Made by a program: the position numbers and the translations under genes. DNA of 63,781 nucleotides, the filler included, from Octopus bimaculoides (lineage: Eukaryota), in NCBI RefSeq assembly GCF_001194135.2. It is 6 parts of 6 records of this genome, joined end to end, with 100 filler letters (N's around TTAATTAATTAA, not from the genome) between each part and the next. Parts side by side here need not be neighbours in the genome. Positions count along the whole stretch, not along the records: positions 62,764 to 63,781 come from NW_026332411.1; 5 more parts are not named here. One strand, written 5' to 3'. Under the pieces are notes generated by a model. That model did not search any database. It had not been told where the DNA came from and was given only the letters and a program-made list of their open reading frames with translations. Positions 62,830-63,781 of the stretch are shown piece by piece (position 1 is the first letter of the stretch; each line of letters begins with the position of its first letter).

Positions 62830-63781
62830 CATATATTACGTAATGCAGTCCGAGATATACGGTCGGTGGTGGCCGAATGATAAAAAAAAAGAGGAGGAGG
62901 TTATTTATACCGGATCAGGACTGACCTGGGTTGGTTTAAACAACAACCACAAACAACAACAACAACAAAAAAGAAGGACATGGGAAGTAGTGTAGTCCGA
63001 GATACACTATGGCTGAATGGAAAAGAGACGGTCGTTGTTGGAGCAGCTGCCATTGGAGCTTTGTTAATGCTGGAGTGGCCCAGGGCTAAACAGATACAAC
63101 AAGGAAGGACACATTAGAAAATGTAGTCCGAGATACACTATGTCTGAATAAAAGACAGGATGGTCACAGCTGCAACATCTTTGATCATAGGTCTGTCAGG
63201 ATCAAAACTGATCTGGGGCTACACAGCAATAAAGAAGAACACATTAGATAATGTAGTCCTAGATACACTATGCCTGAATAAAAGACAGGGTGGTCACAGT
63301 TGGAACATTTTTGATCACAGGTCTGTCTGGATCAGGACTGACCTGGGGCTAAACAACAACAAGGAAAGACACATTAGGAAATGTAGTCCAAGATACACTA
63401 TGTCTGCATAAAAGACAGGGGATGGTCATGGCTTTTGATAACAGCTTTTGATAACAGAACTGACCTGGGGCTAAACAACAACAAGGTAGGACACATTAGG
63501 AAATGTAGTCCAAGATACACTATGTCTAAATACAAAACAGGATGGTCACAGCTGGAACACTTTTGATCACAAGTCTGCTGGTTCGTGACTGACCTGGGGC
63601 TAATAAACCTAAATGCTAAACAGTTACGAGGAAGGACACATTAGAAAATGTAGTCCGAGATACACTATGTCTGAATAAAAGACTGGATGGTCATGGCTTT
63701 TGATAATAAAACTGACCTGGGGCTAAACAAGAACAAGGTAGGACACATTAGGAAATGTAGTCCAAGATACACTATGTCTGA
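62830..63781. repeat. Tandem minisatellite with ~107-145 bp units, running off the window end
   Basis: TGTAGTCC(G/A/T)AGATACACTATG recurs at ~62991, 63122, 63252, 63382, 63504, 63649 and 63756. Confidence 0.95.

Overview
AT-rich, microsatellite-saturated eukaryotic DNA with about 6 kb of N gaps. The repeat content points to a cephalopod (Octopus-like) genome; this is inferred from the SINE and microsatellite pattern, not proven. I found no intact host protein-coding exon, rRNA, true tRNA gene or CRISPR array. Nearly all ORFs in the supplied track are translations of microsatellites, N-gaps or decayed transposons. The window is a layered transposon graveyard containing: at least three tRNA-derived SINE families (called A, B and C here) and an older dispersed repeat (E); Penelope-like fragments; RTE-clade LINE fragments; R4/Dong-type restriction-like-endonuclease (RLE) LINE fragments; a near full-length decayed mariner nested inside one of them; a Tc1/maT-type relic; and a small hAT-type MITE with its 8-bp TSD. 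The structures most worth follow-up are non-coding: (1) a cluster of long inverted repeats (22.1, 25.8, 50.8, 52.3 and 60.4 kb), two of them with strand-biased mismatches that would be G-U pairs in a minus-strand RNA; (2) a 108-bp-period tandem array carrying a hammerhead-like CTGATGA motif; (3) hammerhead-like motifs in Penelope-type repeats; (4) two different Dong-like 3' ends stacked head-to-tail in (TAA)n; and (5) a terminal ~130-bp minisatellite built from part of the dispersed repeat E. Coordinates were read by eye and may be off by a few to tens of bases where marked approximate.
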